A stretch of DNA of 64,000 nucleotides, from positions 8,549,150 to 8,613,149 of the forward strand of contig OZ037772.1 in the NCBI GenBank assembly GCA_964035545.1, read 5' to 3'. The stretch is from Bugula neritina. Its lineage: Eukaryota; Animalia; Bryozoa. The notes under the pieces are model-generated. The model was not told the DNA's origin and did no database searches. It saw nothing but the letters and a program-made list of their open reading frames with translations. Positions 1 to 14,814 of this stretch are shown here, in pieces (positions within the stretch are counted from its first letter, which is position 1; every line of letters starts with the position of its first letter). Position numbers and translations under genes: made by a program.

Positions 1-2038
1 TATGCACTTTGTGATCAGTCTCCATATCATTGTTTATATTTCTAGAATGATCTCTCAGTTTATATTCATAAGTTTCTTTGTCCAGTGAATTAGCTATTAG
101 AACTTCAGAAGTGTCTCCTGTAATTAAAAATGCTATAGTAGGTATTTCACATGTAAAACAAAATTGCAAATGGTATAATGGCATTCCAGTTGGATTGACA
201 TAGTTTATTTAATGCCATTAATATATTTTAAAGTATATATATATATGCATGTATATACTTCTTCTTTTACAAGAAAAATTCATCCCTTTCAATCAGTTAC
301 CAATACACCATCATATCTAGATCAAGTAAAAGAGTTATTAAATCAACACCAACTGGAAGCAGCTACTGTAATATTAAAGGGTACAAAGTTAGCTTAATTG
401 GAACTATAAAGTTTTATATTGGTAAAGACCATTGGTTATGTCAGGAAGATCATTCAGCCATAATTTCTTTCTTTGTCACAATGGAAAGTAGGTCTTCAGC
501 TTGCTGAAAACCTTACTGTTCAGACTTTCATAGTTAAACCAGTCACTGCAATTAAATTCATTTGAAAAAATCTTTCAGTTTTTTGAACAGATTTTAGCAT
601 GTGTTAGACACATACTAACCTGATGATGTGTAGTTCCCTGCGGCATTCAACCCTAGAACTCTAAGAGTGTCAGAGATAACTTCAGACAGAGGAACATCAG
701 GTTTTTCTGGTAAGTACTTGTCATATACTGTGACTTCAACAGGAAAAGAGGTATTGTTGAGTGTATCAACCGTGGGAAGTGAAATGTAAATGAGTAAAAT
801 TGCAAACTGATTTTTAGTAAATTTCTCTTGTTGTTTTTTTAAAATCATGTGATGTCAATTTAAATCGTCAACTGCAATGAGAGAAGCGTTTGATTGTTTT
901 TGTTTTATCTGTCTAAACACACTCACCTGTTGATATGACTTCTGTTGTAGTATTCAGTCCTAGAACTTGAAAAGCCTCAGAGATAACTTCAGACAGAGGA
1001 ACATCAGGTTCTTCTGGTAGATAGTTTTGTTGTACTGCATTTTGTTTCCTGAGAAGTTCTAGTTGTTGGTTGTAACTAAAAGTATCTGAAAGTTCATTCC
1101 CAACACCATCTTCTACATCTGCTATATAAGTGCCAGATACTGTTGTTGGCATATTAAGGTAGGTTGGATTGTAATCTGTATTGTCATTAAAAATGTTAGA
1201 GTCTAAATTCACTGAATGTCTCTCAGAGTTGCTATTGGTTACTAAAAGATTCCACTGAGCACTATACTTATCTCTACAAAATGGTTCCGGTCTGTAAGGA
1301 TCACAATCTTCAAATGAATAGTTTCCACCTAAATTTCTGAAAACTCCAGAAACAACTTCAGACAAAGGATTTTCAGATTCTTTTGGTAGACAATTGTTAT
1401 ATGGTGAAGTATCCATGTTCACAAAACAGTGAGTGTTTGTATCAACTGTAGAAGCCAAAGGAACTGCACTTGCAGAAAGGCTATGACTTTGAAGAAAGTT
1501 TTCACAGAGAGCAGTGCTCTTCCATCCAACATCATTTTTAGAGATCTGATATGGCACTTGCATCTGTTTGCTTAGGGTTTGGAAAGCTGCCTGCATTTCT
1601 ATTACTGCAAAATAAAGACGGCTTTTACAAGCTTACATTAACATATCTACTCAAGACTCAAAGATTCCACAACTTCAAACGACTTCCAACACAGACACAT
1701 GCTGTTGGTCTCTCACATGCCCACTCACTCACTCACTCACTCAGCCACCACTCACTCACTTCCTTATTCATTCTCTCACTCACACCAACATACACACATT
1801 TACATATTTACACCAAAAACCCAATGAAAGTGAAATATGGACAAATTCATTTACCACCCTGCATGTTTACACCTAAATTGTACAAATTATTTTAATCAGT
1901 CATCATTTCAATGAATATCAAATAAAGAAGGCTATCACAAAATAGTAGCTTAAACTAACCAAATAATTACTTGCACAGTATTTTATACTTAGGCCTACAT
2001 GGTTTAATCACAGATATGGCAGATGATCTGAACACCAT
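1..2038 (-). CDS. ZNF unit U1, 3'-partial (finger array lies left of the window): novel N-terminal region plus start of spacer/zinc-finger exon
   Basis: ATG exon 1999-2038 (MVFRSSAISVIKP). Exon A 927-1604 is open, 678 nt, tttgcAG / G|GTGAGT. Exon B 620-778 is open but its acceptor reads CAC. The ancestral terminal-exon acceptor is mutated (CAT, 151-152), but an in-phase aattacAG at 118-119 opens DTSEVLIANSLDKETYEYKLRDHSRNINNDMETDHKVH, which matches the U5 spacer. Confidence 0.75.
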
Positions 2039-3503
2039 TAGAAGACACCTGAAAGAGAAGTAACTAGCTTTGAATATAAACAAAGTAGGACCTTCACTGT
2101 TTACTCTCAGAACAGCTAAGCAATGATTTGTACTGTATCCTATGATCATCTAGTAAAATAATGTCTAGGCTATATTTGCTTAAAACTAATTGTTGCAGTC
2201 AGCTATTGTATATTAAAAAGCTTTTGGAACAATTTGTTAGAAATATATACCCTTGCCAGTCAAGTAATAGTGTAATGCAATGTTTGCACTATTGATAAAC
2301 AATAGACTCTTTTCTAATACCTCCGGTACCCACTTTACAATTAAAATTTTTTTCTCCTACCCAAATTTTAGTTTACCAATAATGTAGAAAGCCAACACAT
2401 TAAAATTAAAGTCTGACTGCTACATGAAATCCCAACTATGCTATAGAATAGTTCTGTTAGGTGATAAAAATTTTGGTATAAGCACATATCTTAACAGTTA
2501 TGAAAACACTTTGAAAGTACTTTTTCTTGAAAAATAAAAAAAGCTTCCGTTGAGCACTTCTGTGCTCTCATTATTGAACAATGCTGAAGTGGTTATAGCT
2601 GTGATAACTATAATAAGATCCTACTAGGTGGAAGTAACTCTCATTTGTAAAATTGATTATCAGGAGTATTGCAAGCAGAGGAAGGTCAATTTTTCCTGAT
2701 AAAAAAACATCACAACCCCCATTTAGCCGTCTCAAATTATATTAAATAAAGTTTTTGAGATAAAGCTGATAAGCTTGTATATATAAATCAGTCGTTTTGC
2801 TTGTTTTAATTTTGAAGATGTATAGCACAACAAGATAATTTGTGTGCTATACTAAAATAAAAATTACAAATAATATTTCAGCACTAAAAAGCTCTTTGGG
2901 AAGAAGAGTTGCAATAGTATTCCAACTTGAAAGTATTGCTTTGTTACTTTTGATAATAAAAAATGCTGTAGATATATGTCACATGCAGAAGCGTAACTTT
3001 GCACTATCTTAATGTTTCAATTTCGAAGGTGTTGCACAAAAGTTGTATTTTGCTTTACCAAAATTAACATTAGCAAGCAAGCTATAATGTGGTTAGAAAA
3101 AGTTAGTTACAACAGTACCCCAACTTGAGAGTTATTACATATATTATGGTTTTCCCGAAAATGTAAAAAATAGTAGAGATATGTCACGGAAAATATCTTT
3201 TATAGTGAAAAAATGAGAAAGAACTGATACTAAACTATGTGAAAATATTGGCTGTAAGATAGAAGTTTTTATTAAATGAAGATGTGAATAGAACAAGATA
3301 GAGAAAATTTTGTTTTATATCTCATGTTTTCACTAAGAATACTACAACTTCAGTAACATAAAAATATTAGAGCAAGACCTAAGTACTGTACGACATAAAA
3401 CTTCAATAAACTAAAAAATACAGAGATTTTATGCCCTAGACTATATATTGTGTTATAGCAAGTATCTTAAAAAACAATTTCAATAAAAGATAAAAACAAA
3501 CTG

Positions 3504-5372
3504 TCAGCTGTAGATAGAATAAATATTACTTCTGCGCCTTGCATGTCTTGTCTTGTAGCTACATAGCGAACATTTAAAACATTTCCTCTCAATCTGCTGC
3601 TCTGTATTCTTCTCAACACCAGCCTCTTGTGTTGATCTACACTCACACACATCATAGACAGTTGTCTTCTCTTTGATCACTTTTTCTTTATGATCAAAGA
3701 GCTCTATAGATTTTTTGGCAAAGTTATACACTTCTTGATCAGTCTGAGTTTCTTTTTTATATGCACTGCTGCTTCTAATATTGCCTTAAACATGCATAAT
3801 TTTTGTTGAAAAAAAAACACATGCTTTTAATTCTGCTACCCATGTGTGCCTAATTCTTTACAGAATTTTACACAATTTTAAAAACAGTCATGATTTGATG
3901 GGGCCGGATTATTACATTCGCTTCAAAACGTGCATATCAGGTTGTTGAACATTATTTTGACATGTGTTAAACAAATACTAACCTGATGATTTGTAGTCCA
4001 CTGAAAGATTCCATCCTAAAACTTTAAAAACCGCAGAAACGGTTTCAGACAATGGATTATCAGGTTCTTCAGGTAGAGAGTGGTCATATGTTGAAGCTTC
4101 TCTAGGATGAGAGTGTTGGTTGCTTGCATCAACTGTGGGAACTGAAATATAAAGAAGTAAAATTAAAAACTAAATCTTGGCAAATCTATAATTTTTTTAT
4201 CCTTTAATATTATGTGATTTCAATTTAATTAGCAATTTCAATTAGAGAAAAACTTTGATAGCTTTAGTTTTATCCATTTAATCATACTCACCAGTTGAGA
4301 TGACTTCTGTTGTAGTATTCAGTCCTAAAACGGTGAACGCCTCAGAGATAACTGCAGAAAGCGGAACATCTGGTTGTTCTGATAGATGGTTTGCATGTAC
4401 TGCATTTTGTTTCCTGAGAAGTTCTAATTGTTGGTGGTAACTAAAAGTATCTGAAAATCCATTTTCAACACCTTTTTCTATATAAGTGTCAGATACTGTT
4501 GTTGGCAGGTCAAGGAAGGTTTGATGATCTGTATTGACATTAGAACGTTGAGAGTCTAAATTCACCGAATATATCTCAGAGCTATTATTGCATGTTACTA
4601 AAGGATCCCACTCAGCACTATACCTATCTCTACAATATGGATCCTGTCTGTAAGGATCAGGATCTTCAGATGAATAATTTCCACTTAAACTGCTAAAAGC
4701 ACCAGAAGTAACTTCAGATTCTTTTGGTAGACAGTTGTTATATGGTGAAGTATCCATGTTCATAAAACAGTCAGTGTTTGTATCAACTGTAGAAGTTATA
4801 GCAACTGAGCTTGCAGAGAAGCTATGACTTTGAACAAGGTTTTCACAGAGAGCAGGACTCTTCCACCAGACATCATTTTTAAAGATCTGATATGGCTTTT
4901 GCATCTGGTTGCTGATTGGTGTTTGAGGTATTTTATGTGGCTCTATAACTGCAAAATAAACGAAGTCTTTACAAGTTTAAATTTTAATATCTACTCAATG
5001 TCACTCAGTCCCTTCATCAATCAGTCATCCACTCCATCACTCAGTGACTCACTCAGTGACTCACTCAGTGACTCACTAAGTCACTCACTCACCCACTCAT
5101 TCACTCACTCACTCACTCACTCACCAACACCAACACCAACACCAACACCAACACCAACATATGCACACAACTTCACCCAAAAATCTCGATAAAAGTAAAA
5201 TATCCAAGATTTCATTTGCCACATAACATTTGAACACTTGAATGATAGAGATTATTTTAATCAATCAATAAATAAAGTCATCATAGAATAATAGCAAACT
5301 AACACTTTATTACTTCAACATAATGTGGGACTTACATGACGAACTCACAGGCATGGTAGATGAACCGAACAT
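3504..5372 (-). pseudogene. ZNF unit U2: intact ATG exon, exon A and exon B, but finger exon destroyed
   Basis: ATG exon 5336-5372, exon A 4292-4948 (657 nt, open) and exon B 3983-4141 (159 nt, open). The terminal-exon remnant 3504-3750 lacks its acceptor and stops after half a finger (CSLCSYKTRH), fused to 3' flank. Confidence 0.75.
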
Positions 5373-6539
5373 CACTAAGAGACAAACGAAGGAAAAGTAA
5401 CTTGCTATGTATCTAAACAATTTAAGATTTCTACTGTACTGTACCAGAAATATAAAACAATGATTTTTACTGTATCATGAAATTATCATGGTAGTCTAGC
5501 AGCATAATGTTTTAGCTTTTTTATAGTTAACCATTGCAGTAAGCTATATTGCATATTAAAAGCTGATAGAACAATGGTTCCTGCCTGTAAGGATCAGGTT
5601 CTTTTGTGCATCAAGCAACATTGTAATGCAAGTTTAGCACTGTTATTAAACAATAGACTCTTTTTCAATACCTCTGGTACCCACTTTACAAAGGATGTTT
5701 CCTCATGCCTGGAATTTAGTTCAACCATAATATAAAAAGCAAACTCACTATAAGAAACTTAGTCTGACTGCTTTACATAAAATCCCAACTATGCTATAGA
5801 ATAGTTCTTTTTATGAACTAAATATTTTGGTATATAAGCACACATCTTAAGGTAGTTTTAAAAACATTTTGAAAAATATTTGTTCTTGAAAATTTTATGA
5901 AGAAGGCTTCAAAGCACTTTAGTAGTTTTAATTATTGATCATTGCTGAATTAGAGACAGCTGTGATAACTATATATAACTAGTTATAGCAAAAGTATCCC
6001 AACTTGAGAGCAATTATGTACGGTTTTTCTGACAATGTAAAAATTGGGTAATGTACGTTTATAACAAACCATATAATTTTACTAAAATGAGAAGGAACTG
6101 ATACTAAACTGTGTAAACATATTGGCTGTTAAATAGAAGCTTTCATTAAACAATGACGTGAATTAAACAAGATAAAGAAACTTTTGTTTTATATCTCATG
6201 TTTTCACCAAGAATACTATTACTCATAAGTTACATGAAACTATTAAAATAAGACTTAAGTACTATATGCAGCATAAAATTTGAATAAACTAAAAAACACT
6301 GAGTAAATATTATGTTGGTATGTTCTAGAAAATGTTTTATATTAAATCTCTTAAAAATAATAATAAAAATGAAGACAAATTCTCAACTCTGGATACAAAA
6401 AGTATTACTTTTGCACATGTCTAGTTTTTTGTTATCATAGAAAATACAAAAAATACATGAAAATGCAAAAAAATTCCTTCCCATTTTATCTGGCATATAA
6501 AGGATAGAAGAATAGTCACTTGATTTATGGTAGAACAAA

Positions 6540-9019
6540 TTAATGTTTAGTATGTATTTTAGTGTGTGAATGAAGGTTAGATTTTTGATTGAACGATTTA
6601 TTACAAACATTACATAGAAATGGCTTCTCTCCACTATGTGTTCTCATATGTCTAGTTAGGTCACCTTTATAAGCAAATGCTTTTTTGCACACATTGCACT
6701 GATATGGCTTCTCTCTAGTGTGTGTCCTCATATGTGAAATGAGGTTGCTTTTTTGAATGAATGATTTTTTACATGCATTGCATGAAAATGGTTTCTCTCC
6801 AGTATGTGTCCTCATATGTTGCTTTAGGTTGAATTTGAGACTGAATGCATTCTTACAAATATGACATAGAAATGGCTTCTCTCCAGTATGTTTTCTCATG
6901 TGATTGTTGAGATTACCCATGTGTCTTGTCTTGTAGCTACATATTGAACATTGAAAACATTTCCTTTTGTTCTGCAGTTCTTTATCCTTCTCAAGATCAG
7001 CTCCTTGTGTTGACCTGTAGGCAGAAATGTCATGTCCAGTTGCTTTCTCTTTGAACATTTTTCTTGTCGCCCCAACAACATCCATAGGTATGTTGGTAAT
7101 GTTATGCACTTTTTCATCAGTGTAAGTATCTATATTTCTTTTTATATTTCTAGAATAATCTCTGCACTTATTTTCATTATAAGTTTCTACATCTCGTAGA
7201 TTTTTAAAAGTATAATCTTCTGTATCTGAACACGTTTGTAATTCACCTGTAAGAAAATATTGTAAATGGTATGGTAGCATTTAAAACGCATTCATAGTTA
7301 GCTTATCGGTATTAATACATCCTAATGTCTATATGTATACTTCTTTTTTTGAAAATACAAACATGCATGGATTTCAATTGGTTACCCATGGGTCACTAAT
7401 AATGAAACCATAAAATATTTAATAAATTATGGAAATCTAGAAGCAGCTAGTGAACTCTGGATAAGATCAGTACATTAGTTAAAACAAAGTCAGGGATTCG
7501 ACAATTGGTAACAGATGTTAGAAGAGCATCGAGCCATCATTGCTCCTGTGTCTCAACCAAAGACAAGTGTTTAGCTTGTTCGAAGAATTTACTATCAGAA
7601 CTTCTCATGGAGATGAAACTTTTAAAGCATTCAAAAGTTTATAAGGATCATTGATCCTGCTATAAAATGTGCTTTAAGGTTGTTAATTTTTTTTGACATG
7701 TGGTAAACAAGTACTAACTTGATAAATTGTTATCTGCAAAAAGATTCAGTCCTGGAACTTTAAAAGCTCCAAATATAACTTCAGACAAAGGAACATCAGA
7801 CTCTTCATGTGGATTGCCGTCATATGCTGTAGCATCTATGGGAATAGCGTTTCGGTTGTTTGGATGAACTTCATGATCTACTGTAAATAAATAATTTTAT
7901 AAATAATTACTTGATAGTATTATTGTTTCATTTTTTAATATCGTGTATTTTGATAAAATTTGCACTTTTAATGAGAGAGAAGATTTGATGGTTTAAGTTT
8001 GATCTATCTAATCATACTCACCAGTTGAGATGAATTCCATTGTAGTAGTCAATCCTAAAACTTGAAAAGCCTCAGAGATAACTTTAGACAGAAGAGCTTC
8101 AGGTTCCTTTAATGGTAGATAGTTTTCTTGTACTGCATTTTGTTTTCTGAGAAGTTCTAACTGTTGGTGGTATCTAAAGTTGTCTGCAAATCCATTTTCT
8201 ACACCTTCTTCTACATATTTGTTAGACACTGTTGTTAGCATATTAAGGAAAGTTTGATTGTCTGTATTGACATTAGAACTTTGAAAGTCTAAAACCACTG
8301 AATGTCTCTCAGAGCTGTTATTGGTTACTAAAGGATCCCACTCAGCACTATACTCATCTCTACAATATGGTTCCTGTCTATAAAGATCACAATCTTCAGA
8401 TGAATCCATTCTACTTAAACTGCTAAAAGCACCAGAAGTAACTTCAGACAGAGGAACATCAAATTCTTTTGGTAGACAATTGTTATGTAGTGAAGTATCC
8501 ACGTGCTGTGACTTTGAACAAAGTTTTCACAGAGAGCAGGACTATTCCACCAGACATCAATTTCAAAGATCTGATATGGCTCTTGCATCTGTTTGCTTAG
8601 TGTTTGAAGAGCTGTCTGTGGTTCCATTACTGCAAAATAAAGGCAGCCTTAACAAACTTACATTAAAACATCTACTCAAAACTTAGGAATTCCTATACAT
8701 GGTGTGTGTGTTTTTTTTTAAATTGTGCACAATTTAAAGAAAACACACACACACACTCACTCATTCACTCATTCACTCACTCATGAACTCACTCACCCCA
8801 GCATACACACATTTACACAGTAATTAAGATCAAAAACCCAATAACAGTGAAATATGCACAAATTCATTTACCACCTAGCATGTTTACACCTAAGTTATAC
8901 AAATTATTTTAATCAATCATCTTGTTAATAAATAGTAAATAAAGAAGGCTATCATGAAATAGTAGCTTAAACTAACCAATTAATTATTTCCACATTGTTT
9001 CATACTTACATGGTTTCAT
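6540..9019 (-). CDS. ZNF unit U3: 5 C2H2 fingers; exon A frameshifted, exon B and finger exon open
   Basis: Finger exon 6540-7246 (cttacAG|GT). Exon B 7719-7880 is 162 nt and open. Exon A 8022-8629 is 608 nt after a deletion near 8502 and is split over ORFs 8415-8627 and 8008-8502. ATG exon 9010-9019 (MKP). Confidence 0.7.
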
Positions 9020-9784
9020 CACAGACAATCTGAACACTTCCAGAGAACACTGGAAAGAGAACTAATTAGTTCTGAATATAAAAACTGTGAGACATTCACT
9101 GTAAACTATGAGGCTAAGGTTAAACAATGATTTGTACTGTATCATATGGTTATGTAACAGCATAATGTCTTGGCTATATTTGTTTATAATTAATCATCGC
9201 AGCTAGCTATTACACATTGGAAAGCTGATGAAACAATGTGTTAGACCTGTACCTTTGTCCATGAAGAACTAGTGGTATACATTTTGTGCATGGTTAACAA
9301 AATATTCAAAAATGATGGCCAAGTATTTTTGATAAAAAAACATCATAACACCAATCTGCTGTTTCAAATTAAATTGAATAAATAGTTGAGATAAAACTGA
9401 TAGGTTGGTAAATAAAGTTAATTATTCTGACCAAAATTTTAGTTATTTCAATTTTGAAAATATAGCACAATAACTTACATTTTGCACTATCCCAAAATGA
9501 GCATTAGAAGCATTATTAACTCATTGAAAAGTAGAGGTGCAATAGCACTAGCAATTGCGATTGATTGTAGGGTTATTTCTGATGTCTTCAAAACGCTGTT
9601 AATAATTTGGTGATGGGTATAAATGACTTAAATAATAATGGCACAGATAAAGATTGGAAAAGTGGCAGTTTGAATATTGGAGTTTGGGGTTAGGGGTTTT
9701 AAGTTAGGGCTTTGTGTTTTGGGCTATATAGGGTTTTGATTTTGAGCTATAGGGGGTTTGGGCTTTGAGGTATTGGGGGTTTAA

Positions 9785-10797
9785 AACTCCTAAAGCCTCA
9801 GAAATAACTTCAGAAAGAAGAACATCAGTTTCTTTTAGTAGACAGCTGTCAAACACTGAAGCGTTTGTGTTAACATGGTCTTGAGGATTTGTATCAACTG
9901 TAGAAGTCAAAGGAACTGTGTCTACAAAAAAGCTAGGACTTTGAGTAAAGGTCTCACAGAAAGCAGTAGTTGTCCACTGAACATCATTTTTAGATATCTG
10001 ATGAGACTCTCGCATCTGGTTGCTGATTGGTGCTTGATATATTTTATGTGGTTCTATAACTGCAAAATAACAAAAGCCTTTACAAGTTTAAGTTAAAATA
10101 TCAACTTAACTTTCACTCACTCAATCCATCACTCAGTCACACAGTCACTCACTCATTCGCTCACTCACTCACTCGCTCACTCACTCGCTCACTCACTCGC
10201 TCACTCACTCGCTCACTCACTCGCTCACTCACTCGCTCACTCACTCGCTCACTCACTCGCTCACTCACTCGCTCACTCACTCGCTCACTCAGTCGCTCAC
10301 TCACTCGCTCACTCACTCGCTCACTCACTCGCTCACTCGCCTGCCCGTTCGCTTGTCCAAAAACCGCCCGCCCGCCCACTCGCTCACTCACTTACTCACT
10401 CACTTAATCACTCACTCAATCTCTCACTCAAACCAAAATACTCGCACTTTTGAACAATAATTTACCCATGCAAAAGCTCAATGGAAGTGAAATATCCGAG
10501 ACTTCAATTGCCACACAATAATTTGCATCTAAATTATACAGTTTATTTTAATCAATCAGCTTTTTAATTAGTAATGTAGTGACGAGTTTACCCAGTGACC
10601 CCTGTGGTGAAATTGGCCAGTGCCTGCTTGCAAGCTATAATTCTGTGGTTCGATTTTTGATGGGAGAAATTATTTTACAAATACTAAATACAAGAGGCCA
10701 ACATAAAATATTAATAACACATTAACCAATTTATTAGTTCTAAAGAACAAGTATACTTACATGGCTGAATCACAGACATGGTGGAAGAACTGACCAT
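9785..10797 (-). pseudogene. ZNF unit U4: truncated, only the ATG exon and 5' part of exon A remain
   Basis: ATG exon 10761-10797 (MVSSSTMSVIQP). Exon A runs from 10059 to ~9785 (…DVLLSEVISEALGVL), then abuts a GGGTTT-rich repeat. No exon B or finger exon. Confidence 0.8.
10140..10430. repeat. (ACTCGCTCACTC)n microsatellite in U4 intron 1
   Basis: Direct reading; source of the spurious SERV-repeat ORF. Confidence 0.95.
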
Positions 10798-12003
10798 AAC
10801 TAAGAGACACTATGGATAAAAGATTAACTTGTTCTGAATAAATACAGTATAACATAATCACTGTCAGGGGGGGGGGGTTAATATAACAGCAGAATTATCA
10901 TGGCTATTTGCTTATAATTAACTTTTACAGAGCTAGCTATAATTGTATATTAAAAAGCTGGTAGAACATTGGGTTAGATCTGCATCTTTGTCCATCAAGC
11001 ATTAGTGTTATATGCACTGTTGGTATTTTGAATAAAAAATTCATAATTAAGGGAAAATCAACTTGCTTCAAAGTATATTAAGTAAACATATTTAGATAAA
11101 GCTGATAGGCTGATTCAAGAAATTATTAGATCTGTCCACAAATTTGTATGCCCTATAATTTTTGAGTCTACATTGTAGTAAACTAACTTATTATCTAAGC
11201 ATAAATCTACTGCAGTAAAGTAAAGTTGCAATATAATACTTTAACTTCAGAGAAATTATATGGTTCATTATTGTTGCGGTAAAACAAAAAGAAAAAACTT
11301 AGACTCAACTGTGTGAGGACATTGGCTTTAAATTAGAAGTTTAACTATAAAACTAAGATTTTAATTGAATAAACAAGATGAAAAAGTTTTGTTTTATAAC
11401 TTAAAAATACTAGAACCTCACTAATATATAACTATTAGAACTATCTGTAGGTACTATATGACATAAAACGTTAATAAACTAAAGAATACTAAGATATGTC
11501 TTTGATTACGCATGACATCTTTTAAAAATTTAAAAAAAAAGATAATTAAGACAAATTGCCAACTGCATATACAAATACCATTATAAATAATTATAGTTAT
11601 ATGTCTGCGTCTATATGATTTTCTAACTTTCCCGTAATAGTATAACATGCAAGAAATATCATACTCATATATTAGGTCTAAGTGCATAGATATATAAAAA
11701 CCCTAATCATTTATTAGATGTACTTTTTGCATACGAATGTTATAGATGCAGGTATACATTGATCTTGACAGCAGGTCTTTTCTCATTTTCTTTGACAAAC
11801 GCACTTTAAAGTAATTTTTAAACATTACCACTTGCTAGCTGATGTTTCTTTGTGTGCTTGTTATTTAAAGAAACCACTTGAAGTTCAGTACAGCTACGTA
11901 TGTGGTCATGTCACTTCTTTGTGTGCTTGTTATTTAAAGAAGCAACTTGAAGTTTAATACAGCTGCGTATGTAGGCTAGTCACTAGGAATTTGGTGTAAC
12001 AGA

Positions 12004-14814
12004 CTAATTCTTAGAATGTCTTTTAGCATGTGACTGAAGGGCCTGCTTACGAGTAAATGACTTATTACACACATTGCATGCAAATGGCTTCTCTCCAGTG
12101 TGTGTCCTCATATGTACAATTAGACCACCTTGTTGAGCAAATGATTTCTTACACAAACTGCATGCAAATGGTTTTTCTCCAGTATGTGTCCTCATATGTT
12201 GCTGTAGATTGTATTTGAGACTGAATGCACTATTACAAATATGACATAAAAATGGTTTCTCTCCAGTGTGTGTTCTCATATGACGTTGCAGGGTAATTCT
12301 TTGACTAAATCCACTCTTACAAAAAGGACATGTAAATGGTTTCTCTCCAGTGTGAGTCCTCATGTGTCGCCTTAATGTAGTCTTATGATTGAATGCACTT
12401 TTACAAATATGACATGCAAATGGTTTCTCCCCAGTGTGTGTCCTCATATGTTGCTGTAGGGTACATCTTTGACTGAATGCACTTTTACAAATATGACATA
12501 AAAACGGTTTCTCACCAGTGTGTGTCCTCATATGGTTGATGAGCACATCTTTCCAGGTAAAAGCAGACCCGCATATTTCACATATAAATGACTTTTTCCC
12601 AGTATGTATTCTCATGTGCTGGTTGAGATGACTCTTGCGTTTTGCCTTGTAGCTACATTGTGAACATTGAAAACAGTTTCTTGCACCATTCTTTTCTGTA
12701 TTCTTCTTCAAATCAGCTCCTTGTGTCAACCCATACTCACAAACATCTTGTATAGTTGCATTCTCTTTGATCACTCCTTTCGTCTGCCCAACAACATCCA
12801 TAGATATGTTTGTAATGTTATGCACTTTGTGATCAGCCTCCATATTTTTGTTTATATTTCTTGAATGGTCTCTCAGTTTATATTCATGAGTTTCTTTGTA
12901 TAGAACATCTGGTAGATTTTCAGAAGTATCTCCTGAATGAAAACACAATTGTATTTTACCTGTAAAACAATATTATAAACAGTAAATTACAAATGGTATG
13001 ATTGCATTCAATTTTCATTCATAGTTTATTTAACGTTACTAATACATTCAAATACATATACTTGTACTTTTTAAAAAAAAAACATGAATCCAATTCAATC
13101 AGCTACCAATATGCCATCAATGATGAAAGCACAATTAGCTAGATCAATTAAACGAGTTATTTAATCAACTACTTTTGAAAGCAGCTAGTGCACTACTGGA
13201 GAAGATGATGCTAGCTTAATGAGAACTATAAAGTCATGGTGTTAATTATTGGTAAAAGTCATTTTTGGTGTTAGGGGGAACATTCAGCCACAATTTTTTG
13301 TTTGGCACAATAGAAAATATGTTGTCAGCCTACTGAAAAACTTTACCTTTCAGGCTTTTACAGTTAAACCATGCAGTCACCAGTTAAATTCAATTCAAAT
13401 TAATCTTTCAGGTTGCTGAACAGATTTTAACATGTGTTAGACATATATTTACTTGATGATTTGCAGTCCCCTGTTGCATTCAACCCTAAAACTTTAAGAG
13501 TGTCAGAGATAATTTCATACAGAGGAACATCTGATTTTTCTGATAGGTACTTGTCATATACTGTGGCTTCCACAGGAAAAGAGGCATTGTTGAATGTATC
13601 GACCGTGGGAACTGAAATGTAAATGAGTAAAGTTGTAAACTGAATTTTAGCAAAATAAATTTCTTTTGTTGTTTCTTCAATAACATGTGATGTTAATTTA
13701 AATCATCAATTGCAGTGAAAGAGACATTTGATGGTTTTCATTTTGTCTATCTAAACACACTTACCTGTTGAGATGACTTCTGTTGTAGTATTCAGTCCTA
13801 AAACTTGGAAAGCCTCAGAGATAACTTCAGACAGAGAAACATCAGTTTCTTCTGGTAGATAGTTTTCTTGTACTGTATTTTGTTTCCTGAGAAGTTCTAG
13901 TTGTTGGTTGTAACTAAAAGTATCTGAAGATCCACTCTTAACATTATCTTCTACGTAAATATCAAATGCTGCTGTTGGAACGTTAAAGAAAGTGTGATTG
14001 TCTGTATTGACATTAAAACTTTGAGAGTCTAAAATCACAGAATATCTGACAGAAGTGAAATTGGTTACTAAAGAATCCGACTCAGGACTATACCCATCTC
14101 TACAATATGGATCCTGTCTGTAAGTATCACAATTTTCAGATGAAGAATTTCTACTTAAAATGCTAAAAGCTTCAGGAATAACTTCAGACAGAGGAACATC
14201 AGGTTCTTCTGGTAGACAGTTATTATGATTGTATATTGAAGTATCCATGTTCACATAACAGGGAAGGTTTGTATCAACTGTAGACGTCATAGCAACTGAG
14301 CTTACAGAGAAGCCATCACTTTGAACACAGTCTTCACAGAGAGCAGGATTCTTCCACCCGACATAATTTTTAGAGATCTGATATGGTTCTTGCATCTGTT
14401 TGCTTGGTGTTTGGAGAGCTGCCTGTGGTTCTATTACTGTAAAATAAAAACAGCCTTTATGAGTTTACATTAAAATATCTATTCAAGACTCAAGAATTCC
14501 TATACCCGATGATTTCAAACACAGTTGTGCTCAAACAATCACACACTCAAGCACACATGCACTTACTCATTTACTCACTCACTCACTCACTCACTCACTC
14601 ACTCACACCAACATACACATATTTGCACAATAATACCAAAAAGCCAATGAAAATAAAATATGCACAAATTCATTTACTGGCACCCAGCATGTTTACACTT
14701 AAGTTATACAATTGATTTTAATCAATCTTCTTTAAATGAATAATAGATAAAGAAGGCCATCATAATTAGTTCCATATAAATTATTTTATACTTACATGGT
14801 TTAATCACGGACAT
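12004..14814 (-). CDS. ZNF unit U5: complete 4-exon gene, novel N-terminal region plus 8 C2H2 fingers
   Basis: Exons 14796-14814, 13765-14436 (672 nt), 13453-13611 (159 nt) and 12004-12959. All GT-AG, all phase 1, open throughout. Eight CxxC…HxxxH fingers with TGEKP-type linkers. Confidence 0.88.

Noticed and set aside
940-1020. PDVPLS as a CtBP PxDLS motif; VIKE as a SUMO site; N-terminal Cys residues as a ZAD domain
   Set aside because: Spacing does not match PxDLS or psi-KxE, and there are no paired CxxC motifs as in ZAD.
913-1596. Exon A ORFs as stand-alone genes alternating with ZNF genes (a two-gene module)
   Set aside because: Conserved AG/GT signals and phase continuity make them internal exons of the ZNF genes. 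Stand-alone use is kept only as an intron-retention hypothesis.
10161-10391. SERV-repeat ORF; likewise the CVRVCASV / HTRTHSHTLA ORFs at 33216-33606 and 38583-38942 and the HSLT ORFs
   Set aside because: Translations of intronic microsatellites; open in several frames only because the repeats lack stops.
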